From: Apteryx mantelli
Lineage: Eukaryota
Assembly (NCBI RefSeq): GCF_036417845.1
Contig: NC_089978.1
Location: 20,838,000-20,901,999, forward strand
DNA: 64,000 nt
Direction of reading: 5' to 3'
The translations under genes were made by a program, and so were the position numbers. The notes beneath the pieces are model-generated. The model saw only the letters and a program-made list of their open reading frames with translations, made no database searches and was not told where the DNA came from. Position 1 is the stretch's first letter, and every line of letters begins with the position of its first letter. Shown here piece by piece: positions 11,033 through 23,850 of this stretch.

Positions 11033-13738
11033 GTATGTTTCAGATTTATTTCTGAGATCTCTGTAGGAAAATATCAAATACTGTTAAGTGTTGTAGAGTG
11101 TTAGTCTTACCTCTTCTACAGAAGTTGTAAGAACTGTAGAGATTATTTCTCTGTTTAATATTTCAGTAACAATAATTGTGTTTACATTTTTAATGCATCT
11201 GGCTCTGTAGTTTTGAAATTTCACATAAAAAATTAAGAGCAATACTCTCTCTCCACAAAAGAACCAGGAAGTTTCTTTCCTGGTTAAAACTGCCATGCTG
11301 TTTTTCTTCTCTCATCATCAGGTAGGGAAAACGCTGAATAAGGAGATGCATCGTGAATTGGGCTTTAGTTATGTTATTGTTTGTATTAATGAAAGCATTT
11401 GATTGCTGAGTGAAAATAAATGACTGTGATATTGCAGCTTTTTATTTTAAATCCAGTTTTATATTTTAAATATATATAGAACATGCAACATGGCTAAATC
11501 AAGGAGCCTGCTTGCATGATGTGTGCAACAACAAAACCAGTGGGCTACATTTATATTAGTATATTAAACATGACTAGGAATGTTTCCAGGGACTGTGGCC
11601 ATGTCTGTGCCTGTAGTATGGCTTGGCCCACATCTGTGCTAGTGAACTCTCTTGGTCCTTGGGACCGAGTGGTCTCATCCAAACTGCCTGTTGGGAATGG
11701 TCACGGTGATGTCCTGTCTTCCAAAGCCCACTGGGAACTGGGGGGATGCACATTGGTGGAGGTCAGAAGTATGCCAAGGACTATGCCAGTGCCTTAACAA
11801 TATAGATATTCGCATGCCAGTGACAGGAAATGGATTATGTAACTTATTAGTGAAGGTATTGCATAAAGATACGCCACATCTTTTTACTTCTGGCACTTGA
11901 AAGTGACATTTATTTTTTTCCCCCATAACTCATATATTATGGCAAGCTCGTCTATATTGTCATATTAGAGTGCTTACTTCTGATCCCCCTGGGGGAGAAG
12001 GTAGTGCATTATGTTATGATTTTATTTCTTGTTTTGCCTAGGTTTTGTTTGTTTTTTTAGTTTCAAGAAAAATATGATTAAGTGAGCTAACTTCTCCCTC
12101 TCACTTATGTGCAGTTTTTCCTAATATAACATTAAACATGTTACTTTAGAGCCTGCTGTTGTACATAGAGCTTCCATGGATGATTATTATGTTACAAACA
12201 GCAAAAACTGTAGATGCTGTCCTCAAGAGTCTACAGTTTAAATTGTGCGTAACATAAGGAATTGACATTGAACAAAAGAAAAGGAATGTGTGAAGAAAAG
12301 GAATATTGTAGGTGCATCATCACCTTACTCAGAACACAGCTGTTTCCTGACAACTCTGACAATGCACATCTGTTTAGGAGAGAAAGTGAAAAATAACATA
12401 CCCGTTTTAGGGAGAGTATTTTTGTTTTGCACCGTAAATCCAGGATCTTCTGAGTTGTTTTGACGCATCACTGTGCTATGGCTCTGGTGGTGTAAAGAAC
12501 TATGGGCTGGACAATAAATAAGGTTCTCATTCATCCCTTCAGACTGCTGACCTGTAAATATGAGCTGGGGAAAAAGAAGAGTCAAGGAAATTCCCTCATT
12601 AAAAAAATGGACTTGGAAACAAAAATGCTAAAAAAAATGAATTCCTGAATATAGCAAGTGAATTAAGAGATAATGAAGTACAAACATGCCTTAATTGAAA
12701 CATGTATCTCGAAAAATATTTATAAATACAGTGCAAAGTTAGAATTTCAGTACCTAGAAATTGTGAACTCTGAGATACTGAAAACCACTAACAAGTGGCT
12801 GGCCTGTTCGGAATGGACCTTACCCAAGCTTTTAAAAATTAAATTATGATTAAGCAAGCATTTCATCCTATCTCCAGGTGGGAATCTCAGAATAAATCTG
12901 GGTTTAGTGCTGAGAAACACTGTATCAGGGAAGAACTCTCCCCCCCCCCCCCCAAAAAAGCTGTATTTTGTTATATATGACAAATGAAAGTACATGCATT
13001 TATTATCTTGTTTTCAAGTAAAATAGATCTAATATCATTCTAATGACCTTGCATTGATCTGGATCAGTCAGTTTTTGTATGCTTAGTTTTAACTGCTGGA
13101 GGTGCAAAATTTACTGCTTCTTACTTATGACCATTTTATATGAATTGACTTCTCTTAACATCTCTATTTTGACCTGTGAGGAAAGCTTTAACTTACAACA
13201 TGTATATGATTCCAGTAAAACAGTATAAGATCCTTTATGAGTCTACCAAAACATATTACCATTATTTAGCCCTCTTCCCCATTTTTTTGTACATTCTTCC
13301 TCCTTACCCTTTGAGGTAAGAGAGATCTGGGTTTGGCCTGGGTTTGTACCGTGTTTGCCACAGTAGAGCCTGGCCCGTTATTGGCCCCCCTGTGTGCTGC
13401 TGAGAGCTCTACAGAACGTGAGGCAGCTGGTCACCCTCGTATCTCTGTAGTCGCTGTAGAGAGATTAACTCACTCTGAAGTTGTCCTTACTTTAGCTGGA
13501 CTGAATTGTGGACAACTGAAGGAGTCTTGCTCTCTCTGTTGACAGTGGAGGAAGAGAAGTACTGCTATGTTCCTAAATTAGATGTTTCAATTAAAATATG
13601 GCCCCAAAAGGTTGTGTATTTTTTAAATGTTTCGTTTGGACTCTAGGGTTTTACCAGGATGAATTACAAATAAACGTTATTTGTGTTAATAGTGTAGTTA
13701 TGTGTGCATAACAACTGTATTTGTAACTTGTCTTTTAG

Positions 13739-13934
13739 TGTACACATGTTGTTGTGGATACTGTCAATGTCCTCAGCTCCCATCATCTAAAAATTATTCG
13801 GAAGTATCAGCTCCCTGTTGTATGTGTAGATTTCATATGGAAATCAGTTGAAAAGGGGAAACTTCTACAAATTGATGCCTATGAGGATAACAAATTACAA
13901 GACAACACTTTTAACCAAAAGCTAGATAGTCATG
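13739..13934 (+). CDS. PARP4: PARP4 coding exon 2 (BRCT)
   Basis: The translation '...KYQLPVVCVDFIWKSVEKGKLLQIDAYED..' matches human 'IANPDFIWKSIREKRLLDVKNYDP'. The acceptor is 'tcttttag' and the donor is 'catg|gtaagt'. Confidence 0.8.
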
Positions 13935-14951
13935 GTAAGTTTGTTTAGTGACATGATTTATTCATATATCAATTATTTTGGAACAGAATGTTTTAGAAGG
14001 TGAATATATAGAATTAGCTTTTAAGAAATCAGCAACCCCATATACTGACAACAAAATTGATATAAATAAGAAATTTTCTGAAAATAAATTATTGTCCTGA
14101 AAATTATTAATGTTTTAATTCTTGTCTTTTTCTAGTAACTGTCCTTTTTATTTCTGTTTACTTTTGCATCTCTTAATGGAATGCCATCTCTTGAGTTTCA
14201 TGGGGTGCTAGCCTTTCCTTTAAGTATTTCAAAAAGTAATTCCTTTTGACACAAAACACTGTACTTTATGGACGTGCTCACATCATGAATCGGTACAACT
14301 TTCTGAACTAAATAGAACACTGAGAATCAAGAACCCAGCACTGGGTTACTGTTAGACAAATATGGTTTTGCACAGTAGAGGCCATGGGCATGCATGGCTG
14401 AAACGGGGTAGTTCCTTTTTCTAGCAGTCCTAAACAGTTTTAAGCTAAAAGTGAAGCTGCCTCCATAGGCCATATCTAGAAAAGTTTGGGGGGGGGGGGT
14501 TGTTTTTAAAGCAAAACAAAACAAAAAACTAGCTGTGGATTGTTCTCTGGCACTGGGGCCAAGTGGCACAGAGCAGGTTTCAGCTACATGCCCAAATTTT
14601 CTCCTCTCCCTATCACAAAAGTCAGGGTGACTGCATACAGAGTGCCTGGGGAGAATAGGCTCTGGCATTGCCTGTGGAAGTAGTATTTGACAAGGAGCAA
14701 ACCTCCAGGAAGCACTCCAACAGCAAAGCAGCTGGGGCAGTTACCCTCCAGTGGTTGACTCCATGTTCTGCCCAGTTTTATGTCTGAATAAAATGTGGCC
14801 TCAGTAGCTGTTAACTTGTTTGAACATGTAAAATATTTATGAAGATCAAGTAGCTGTGTTGGCCCTTTAAAAAAAAAAAACAAAAAACCTATTCATATGT
14901 TAAATCAAAGAAACCAGATGTTATGCCAAGTAAATAAAGATTTTGACTGCA

Positions 14952-15075
14952 GGTATAGAAGACTTCTCATCTTCTGAGAATAAAAATGCTACTGAGAAAA
15001 ATGAAAACAATGACTGCAATCCTATTATTACTGAAGAAAGTGGCAGCAGAATTGAGTCCGAAGTGGGGACTCCTA
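14952..15075 (+). CDS. PARP4: PARP4 coding exon 3 (variable acidic linker)
   Basis: The acceptor is 'gactgcag' and the donor is 'cctag|gtaaaa'. The exon is in phase with its neighbours; the region is poorly conserved. Confidence 0.6.
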
Positions 15076-16213
15076 GGTAAAATAAGATAAAATTAAAGGT
15101 GTATTTTGATTTATCTATGTTGATATTTCTGTAAAAGAACAAAAATCCCCTTTGGAATCTGTTTCAGTGACTTATGGAGATGGTTCGTTATCTTAAGAAT
15201 ACTATAGTGGAGGAAAAAGTTATCCTTTCTCCATTTTCTGTACTCTGTGTGTATGAATTTATACCAGCTTCTGATTTATTTTCCCTTTGAATCTGACTGT
15301 GGAAAATGATTTTGCATTTTTCCATTTCAGTGTACACCCACGGTGCAGATCCCTAGTATGTGCAGAGCTTCTACCAACTCAGCAGGCAGTAGGCATTGCT
15401 CAAGCTTCCTGGATTAATGATTGGAGCATTGTTTATGATCACAGTTTTTTTTCTTTTGGTTGTTCATCATCTTTGCAGTCCAGTTTGGTTCATTATTTTT
15501 AGAAGTGCGGAGCACATATCTCTCCCACTAAACTCCTAAGAGAGCTGAAAATCAGGATCATTGAGACTGCTCTTACCTAATAGGAAAAGAGTATTGTTAT
15601 AACTTATTTATTATTGAATTAAAGGAACAAAATGAGCTCCAACACTGATGTATGTTTTTTTAAATGTATTAATAAAATGCAGCTTTTGCTTTCAGAGACT
15701 GCTGTCAGGGATAGGATAGGTGTTTAATTATTCTCTGGGAATATATATACTAGAAGGTGTACTTACTTCATTTAAAAGTCCTGATGCTGAAGGACCCAAC
15801 TACAAGTGTATATCCTAATATAAAAGTCAGGAATGAAAGAGGGATTAGCCTAGGACAGCACAGCTAGCTGACCAAAACTAGAAGCATCTGTTAGAAAATT
15901 AATGTGCAATCAGGCTATGAAAATCTATTAATTTTGTTGCTTCCATAGTTTTTCCAGAGGATGAAGATTTAAATGTAGTCTTCATCTTCAGGTTCACACT
16001 AGATGGTTTGGCTTACTAGTGCAAGTCAGGAGCTTGTCTGGGTGGGATTTTATTTCTCAAAGCTTTTTGTTGTTGTTATTTTGTTGCTGAAAATATATTT
16101 ATCTTCCTATATTAGTTCTTACTTTAGTGTGATGCTGCAGCTTATGACAGTACTGTTTTTATTGATGATGGGTGCTTTTAAATGTTAAAGGAAACTAATT
16201 GCTCTGATTCCAG

Positions 16214-16292
16214 ATTTTACACAGAAAATGATCAAGATATTCCTTTTTTTCCTCAAGATTTTGAAGTTGCAAAATACAATGTCCTTGAAAAA
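16214..16292 (+). CDS. PARP4: PARP4 coding exon 4
   Basis: The translation 'FPQDFEVAKYNVLEK' matches human 'LPQDFEVAKYNTLEK'. The acceptor is 'ttccag' and the donor is 'aaa|gtaagc'. Confidence 0.8.
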
Positions 16293-16868
16293 GTAAGCCT
16301 TTCTCTTACTGTGAAAAAATGTAGGAGAATGTAGGAGGATCAGTAGATGAATAAAAGGTTTGCAGTTTTATACGCATCAACAACTCTTTTATGTTACCAT
16401 GTACCTCAATGCAAAGAGAAGTATTGAAAAGTACTTTAATATTATGTCTTTCAGTGCAGCCTAATTCAACCCAAACAAAACTCTTCTGTTTACTGTCATG
16501 TTCTAATGAAAGCATTACGGTAGAATAATACATATATGCTTCTGACAATGTATGTTGTTATCATGGCTGTTATATTTAAATTACATTTAATACCTAAAAC
16601 ATTTTTATTAAAAAGAAAACTATCAAAACACAATAATAGATGAAACTATATAGCAATCAGTACAGTGAGGCCTGAGAGGAGTTTCTGCTTATTATTGTGA
16701 TACAAATAATGAATAATTTTGCTTGTTTTCATAGCTAGTCATAGAGTGTGGTGGTTCTGAATGGGTGGAAAATGAGTAGAGTGAGGGGAAATATATGGTG
16801 CAGCATTATGTGAACGCAATACTGAAACAATAAACGGGGGGGGGGGCTTTATTTATCTCTCCATTCAG

Positions 16869-16982
16869 ATTTACTCCAAGGAGAGAAAAGATGTTGTAGT
16901 TATTGAATTACAGTGTTCCAAAGAACATTATGAGTTTCCATTTCGAGTGTGTGCGCACTTTAGTGCATCAAATGGATCCAAG
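16869..16982 (+). CDS. PARP4: PARP4 coding exon 5
   Basis: The translation '..DVVVIELQCSKEHYEFPFRVCAHF..' matches human 'EAVVVELQCSRDSRDCPFLISSHF'. The donor is 'aag|gtatga'. Confidence 0.75.
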
Positions 16983-17778
16983 GTATGAGCCACTCATTGA
17001 CATTAGGTGTTTGTTTCTTTATGCACGTTGAACACACCTGTCCCAGAGCTCCAGATACGTTTCATTCTTATTTGTAGTCTGTTTCTTACTTACAGATAAC
17101 AGGAAGTCATTCTGCTAGCTTTATCATAATAAATTTGATTCAAAGTTAACTTCTCTATGTATGTCTACAGCACTCTCAGAAGAGCTGGTTTAGTACTAGG
17201 CAGCAGTACAGCATGGTTCCGAATGTACCTGCTTTCATATACATGTTTGCGGTAATATCTAAACTGTATAATGGCATACTTAAGGGCTAAAATGCTATAG
17301 AGAATAATATTCTGGACATACTTTTGACAGCAAGGCTGTTCTTGAGGGCAGCCTAAACATATTTCTCTGAATACGAGTTATGTGTGCAATCTGGTATAGC
17401 ACAATACCAGTCAGTGTCATTGTGACAATGTTAGGTTCAAGTCAAAGGAGCTGAATCAGGGATGAATTTGGACAAGAAATCTTGATTTATAGTTTTGAAT
17501 CATTTATTTATCAGTTCTAGCTCAGTTGGTAGAACAGGTTCTTCTAAATGCATGCTGGAATAAATTATCTTGTCACTATGGGGTTTGTGAGTAGAGCCTT
17601 GTGCTTGTTCTTCTTGTCCCACAAACCCTCACAAAAGCACTGCCTTACTGGAAGCCTGTTAAATAAAAACCCAGAAGTTAAGTGTGGATTTGTCAGCTGT
17701 TAGAGCAGTGGGCTGTAAAATTAACTCTGTACATCTCCATATAGTTTCTCTGACTAATTTTATACTCTTAAATTACAG

Positions 17779-17928
17779 AACAATAAACAATTCATAATAA
17801 CTAAGACTGCTGAAGAAATTAGAGAAAACTATGAGGCTTTCATTGCAGACCTGAAGAGCCAGAATTTCCTGTTAAGAGAAACTTTTCCACCCAAAGCAGA
17901 ATCTTTAGCTTCTACAAAACTGCAAAAG
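17779..17928 (+). CDS. PARP4: PARP4 coding exon 6, with the 3' end ambiguous between a GC donor at 17929 and a GT donor at 18001
   Basis: The translation 'TKTAEEIRENYEAFIADLKSQNFLLRETFPPKAESLASTKLQK' matches human 'KKTSEDASEYFENYIEELKKQGFLLREHFTPEATQLASEQLQ'. Ending at 17928 requires a non-canonical 'aag|gctagt' donor. The in-frame alternative runs to 'gtg|gtaaac' at 18000 and adds 24 hydrophobic, non-conserved residues. Confidence 0.6.
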
Positions 17929-19228
17929 GCTAGTACAACTTCCATGTTTACGCTTTTTTGTCCTTCATTATTTATTTTTGTTTTCAGCTTTCTGAATGTG
18001 GTAAACATCGTCTTGATTGCAGTGATATAATCATAAGTTAAAGGAAACTGTGTGTAAAAGTTTTGGGGTTTGGTTTTTTGAATATTGAGTGAATGCTGCA
18101 CATGTGTAACCACATTAAAAGCATATAAAGTCATTTTCATTATAGCATATATTCTCAGTAGGCACATTATCAAAATGAATGTGATGCCTAAACAGCGATG
18201 TTCTAATATAGCAACCGGAACTGTTGTGTCATGTGTAACTTAGACTGTCATAATTATTTCGCATGCATGCAAGGCTTCACAGGCTTGATGCAGATCTTAC
18301 TGAAATCAGTACCAGGACTCCCACCAATATACTTCTGGTCCCAGAAGTATATTTCAGACAACATTTTACTGCTATTTAAATTAGTTGTAGTGTCACAAAA
18401 AGTAAATGAGAAAAACCTTTCTCACTATAAGCTACCTACTTCTCTTCTACCACAGTTAACTTGCATTTTAGATCACAACTGGCACCTAGATTATATCCAG
18501 CCTACATACCTCCTCTAGTGATCTCAGAAGCCATGTGGTAGATGCCATATAGACAAGTAATGTAGAGTGTCCAAACTGGTATGATAACTAGTGGAAATGT
18601 CAAGTTTAATGTTAGCTGCTGGGGTTGAAGAACAGTGAGAAAAAAACGAAGTGTTCAACTGAAAGTGTTCCTCAAATACACATGAGAAAATCTGTGTTTT
18701 CACAACTCTTTTGGATGTATGGACTGCACTGATTTTCATGGCCTTTCTATTGTCCTATAGCTTTGCTGCTTCAATTTTTATTTTCACAAAAGGAATATCT
18801 TTCCCACCGGGGCTTTCTGAACTAGAGATACAACAGTCATCTATTACAGATGGTACAAAAGAATGGCCATTTGAATCCATCTGTTCTATTACCAGCTGTG
18901 CAAAAAAGGAAATGGTTGAGATCTGTAGACTGCTATGTTTGTACCCCTGATACTACAGGGTACTGATAAAGATACCTCAAGCAAATCAACTTCTATCTTC
19001 TCCCAGACGTTACATCTCAGCTTTCAAGCAGGCCATGGTCACCTGCCTCTCATGCTCTCCACTCAGAAGACAAATCTTCCCCTTAAGTTGATGGGACTGA
19101 AGAAATCGTACTAAACCTGAATGTGTATTGTGTACTGTATTGCTTATAGGAGAGTTTGTTTATCTGAGCAAGAACTTAAGGGACTTGCATCTTTGTCTTT
19201 TCACTGAATTGTGTTTGTTTTACTACAG

Positions 19229-19366
19229 TTACTTCTAGAAGAAGCCATAAATTCAAGTGCTTTATGTCAGGAAGTTAGTGATTTTGTGGAATTGATCTGG
19301 GCAGAAGCTCTTGGTCACCTGGATAGTTTACTACTTGAACCAGTAAAAAACATAAGCCTCAATGAT
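19229..19366 (+). CDS. PARP4: PARP4 coding exon 7
   Basis: The translation 'LLLEEAINSSALCQEVSDFVELIWAEALGHLDSLLLEPVKNISLND' matches human 'LLLEEVMNSSTLSQEVSDLVEMIWAEALGHLEHMLLKPVNRISLND'. The donor is 'gat|gtaagt'. Confidence 0.85.
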
Positions 19367-21376
19367 GTAAGTTAATTCTTGTTATTCTGCGGGAACGAAT
19401 AGATAAAAACTACTATAAGTAAGTTTCTTTTTTTTTCCCAGCAAACAAATACGTTGTTTCACATATTGGGATTGGAATTACACTTGATAATACTGTACTT
19501 AAGCATATCCATGCTTCAGAAATTTTGATATCAAATTTTGAGAATTACAACACTGAAAACATGCAGTACTCCCTAGAGCAGATGGTTGTCTTTTCCATTT
19601 TATAGTGATTTACACAATCCTTATGGAAGGAACCCTTCTGTGAGGTAAATTGAGGCACGTAAGAAGACAGTCCTTTATTTTCGTATGCTAGAAGTGTGCA
19701 TAAATAGTAGGTTATTGTCCCCTGCCAATATGTTTCAATCATACTTCAGCCAGACATTATCTAGTAATGGAAAAATAGTTCTAATTATAGTCCATGTTTG
19801 TATTATCAGATGAGACATGTAATTAACACATGGCTACTTTTGAAGGCCTTTATATATTACAGCTGTTATTGAGACTAACTGCCTATCCACCCCTCTGTAA
19901 CTCTAGGGTTCATTTAATCACACTTTTCCACATACTTCAGTAGTTTTGCTTTGCTCCCTAGGTGCCTAAGAGGTTAACATTTATTCATATGATTAAAGCC
20001 TGGCTGTTTAAGAAGGCACTTTTGCTCATCTCTGTCACCACTGAAGGCAAAGTTAGTTGGAGAATATGTTGGTTTTAAATTGGAAGAGCTTTGCCAATAA
20101 AAGTTCCTCAATTCTGGAATGTCCTTGCCCTTATCTTATTACATAAAACTCAGTTTTGATGTTCTTCAGCAGCAGATGTATGGTAGGAGAATATCCCTTT
20201 AACTTTTTGAAGTGGAATATACATTTGCCTAGGCATTGGTGAGTAAGCAGTACATTAGGAATATTTTGTGTACTCAGAGATAGTAATGAGTGCATTTCAT
20301 AAATCAGCAAAGACAAAAATGAAATGCTTTTTGTGGTAAATGCTTTTTATGAGATGCAATTGTTTGGATATGAAGATTCCTAACATGTTTCAGATAGGTG
20401 AACAAACCAAATTTGATAGTGTTCAATCATTGATAGCTTTTGCAAGAGCCGAATCATGGACCTAAAAGATTCTGTATTCCAAAGCACATACCTATAAGGA
20501 TATGATAAAACTGTTTTCACTAACTTTTCCCACTAATAATTAATTTTAAGAGAAATAACTTTTGTCCAGGAAGAAAAAAATCTCTTGATTTTTGAAACAC
20601 AATAATTAAGTGAATTCCCGTTCAGTTAGATTAACTCTCCATCCTTTTTCCAAAGGCTTTTGCAAGACAGAGACCAGCCTTGGGTCAATATTGGAACTGC
20701 AGTAAGACTTTGTTATGCAGCCTCTAATATCAACATTTTACTGCCTGTTGCCTATGGTTCATGTAAAGTAAAGCCACTTTGCCTTTTCCCTCCTGCCCTG
20801 AGAAGATCAAATAACATGAGTATTCTGTGAAAAATTTCCATTTGAGAGGCAGTGTACAAATAAAAGCAAATTTATGTCCTGTCTGTCTGGACAAAGTATT
20901 TAATGAATCATTACTTTCTTGTGATCTAGAGGCTGCATGTTATAAACAGGACTTCTGCTCTGCTTTATGTATTTTAGGATAAATTAGTGCACTTAGAAAT
21001 TTCATAAGAAACGTATTAAACTAATTTCTGTCATTATTTCATCAATGCATTAGAGCTGACAATGTGAATCAGCAAGAAGTTAAAGAGCATTATCTTTCGA
21101 TCTAATTCATATTCTGTATTATTTTATGGAGGTTATTTTACTGGCTCTTAGCTCTACTGAGGTGCTTTGCAAGTAGTCAAGTATAAGGACAGAATAATAT
21201 CCAAGTTTTAAATTTCATATCCTAGTATAGAAAAATATTTTGTCGATATTGCACTAACAAAAAGTTGAAGTGGAATTTCAATGTGGAATTAAATGATCCA
21301 TTTTCAATATTTATTTTTTTGTGCTTTTTCTGCAATTTTGTGATGGTTTCCAGTTTAATGATCTCTTCTTTTATAG

Positions 21377-21550
21377 GTGAGCAAAGCAGAAGGTATCTTA
21401 CTCCAGATAAAGAATGCACTGGATGAGGGAGCAAATGAGGTGGCACTGCAAGTGATGATAAAGGAATTTTATCAAGTTATACGTCACAAAACTGGAATAG
21501 ACTATAATGTTTCCAAAAAGCTGTTATCTAGTAAACAGGACCTTTGTCAG
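21377..21550 (+). CDS. PARP4: PARP4 coding exon 8
   Basis: The translation 'VSKAEGILLQIKNALDEG..EFYQVIRHKTG..LSSKQDLCQ' matches human 'VSKAEGILLLVKAALKNG..EFYRLIPHKG..LAKKADLCQ'. The acceptor is 'ttttatag' and the donor is 'cag|gtaact'. Confidence 0.85.
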
Positions 21551-23689
21551 GTAACTTTTCCAGATTGCTAGTAATTCCTGATCTGCACTGTGCTGTATCA
21601 GTTTTAAATGTGCTCACTAGATAAGTTGACTGGGTATTTTGTGCAGCCAGTCACAGACAGTATTAGTTTAAAAAATTAATTTATTGAGATCTCTTGCGTA
21701 GAGTAACGCTCTTGGTGGGGAATTGAACCTGTTGAACAGGAAGACCAGTCAAGGTATGGATGCTGACAGGCGTCTCCTTTGCAATTTCTGTGATGGCATC
21801 TTCAGCTGGATCAACTGAGATTCACAAAACTTTTTCTGGTGAATTCTTATAATCCAGCTGGCCTTAGTAACCACTCCAGCATACACATAATCAGTTTCTA
21901 TTGATCATCTTAAATTAATACAGAACATATCTTAACTCTTTTATTAGTGCACAGAAGACTGTTCTGTGTGATCTCTACTACATATGCAGGAACAGTTTCA
22001 AGAAGCTGTTTAAAATTATCTACCTATGTACAGTTTGGTCAGTTCCTACATCTACAGCACAAAATGGGGGGGAGAGGGTGTGTAGTCTGCCAGACTGCCT
22101 GGATTCTCTGTGCAAGAAGCTAATCAGCACATCTAAACATACAGATAGTGTTTTGTCAGTTGGTGTAAGGCCAGCTGTCCTGCCTAGGAAAATCTCCCAC
22201 CACCACTCCCCCTTAGGTCTCCTGTGTTAATGAGTTCATTTTTAAGCTGGCTAGGAGTTCAGGCAGACAGGAGTTCAGTTGCCCTGTTGCAAATCAGTCC
22301 TCCGTCTCATCTTCGCAGAGTGGCTGGGAAATTCTCAGGCTGCCCAGGGAGCAGGTGCTGACGGGTGCAGAGCGTGCGCGCAGGCAGAGCCCTGACACCC
22401 AGCAGCTGTCGGGGAGCAGCAGGGGCAGGCGAGCCAGGAGGGAAGGTGAGGAAGGCCAGGACAGTTACCTCACCAGCAAGGGCACAGGCCCGCAGTACCA
22501 AACAAGAAGAGCAGAGCAGGTGACGGTGACTGCCAGTGGCAGTAACCAGGGGCAGACAGCAGTCCAGATCACCTCATCATTATGGCCTTGTCTGGCAGGC
22601 CCAAGGTCAAGCCAGGAAGTCAAGTCCACAGGATCAGTCAGAACTGGGGAAGTACCAGGCCAGGTGCAGACATATCTGCAACATAGCTCAGCCAGAGACC
22701 AAGGACAAGAGCTGGAGCTTAAAGGCAGCTCCTGAGTAAAGGTAGGTCATGCCCCTGCTGGGGCTTCTCACAGCTTTTTCAAGGCCTTACAGCTGTACTG
22801 TCAAAGCTGGCCCCGAGCCCAGGCAACTAGACCCTCGGGTGAAGTGAGATGCACTCAGGGCCCTGTCAGCTATATCACACTTGTAACTGTAGAACAAACT
22901 TGAATTTCTTCCTTGTATCACAATTATAATGTAAATTGCATAGATTGTGCTAGAGATCCCTCTTTGTTTTTGCAAAGGATACCCAAAGGTCAGTCTTTGA
23001 GTTACAAAATACAAAGGGGGAAAGGTAAAGAGAGGGAGGCTTCCTACTGGGGTAAAAAAGTAAATGTTAATAGTGTCTTTAATCTGGAAGTATTCCTGAT
23101 ATCAGAAATTATTATGTCTCGTACACCTTTCCCATGACTTAGTGAAATGTAGTATTAAAATTTTATTAACTGTCCTCTTTTTTCCTGGTCTGTGAAAATT
23201 ACATGAATGCGTTGTTCTATTGCCCTAACTAGATAGTGGCACCAGTGACAATATATGACGGATTCTAATAAGTAAGGGTTGCCTTGCAAGCGAAATGAAA
23301 ACAATAGCCGACCATGAATTCTGGTTTGTGGAGCTTTTATGAGCAGGCTCCATCAGGAACTTGATTTGGAGTTGTACAAAAGCAGTCTAACTATTTCTCG
23401 TATTCCTTTTTCTTCTGATTTGTTTTTATGGGATGCAATAGCCGTTTTGGTCTTGTTCCTTACTATATCTGACAAGTGAAAATGTTCTTTTGCATATTCC
23501 ACTTCAGTGATATTACAGTGTAACTTTATATAATTCAGTCTCAGTTTTGTGTTCAGCCTGAGTGTTTCCTTAATTAAAAATGTACCAAGTATTCGTTTGC
23601 AACAGAATTCACTGAAAAAAGTTAATGTTTATTATTCATTCATATGTGTTAATCATGCAACAATTGTAATTTCTGTCATTATTTTCTAG

Positions 23690-23850
23690 CTAATCCGAGA
23701 CATGCTTAATATACGTGAAACAAATATGTCATGCCCAAACCCATCATCTTTGGCCAAATACCAGGCTCTAAGGTGCAAGATTGAAGCTGTTGACTCAGAG
23801 AGTTATGAATTTCTCAGTGTTAAAGAACAACTGTTAAAAAACAATCACAA
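23690..23850 (+). CDS. PARP4: PARP4 coding exon 9
   Basis: The translation 'LIRDMLNIRETNMSCPNPSSLAKYQALRCKIEAVDSES..' matches human 'LIRDMVNVCETNLSKPNPPSLAKYRALRCKIEHVEQNT'. The donor is 'caa|gtgagt'. Confidence 0.85.
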
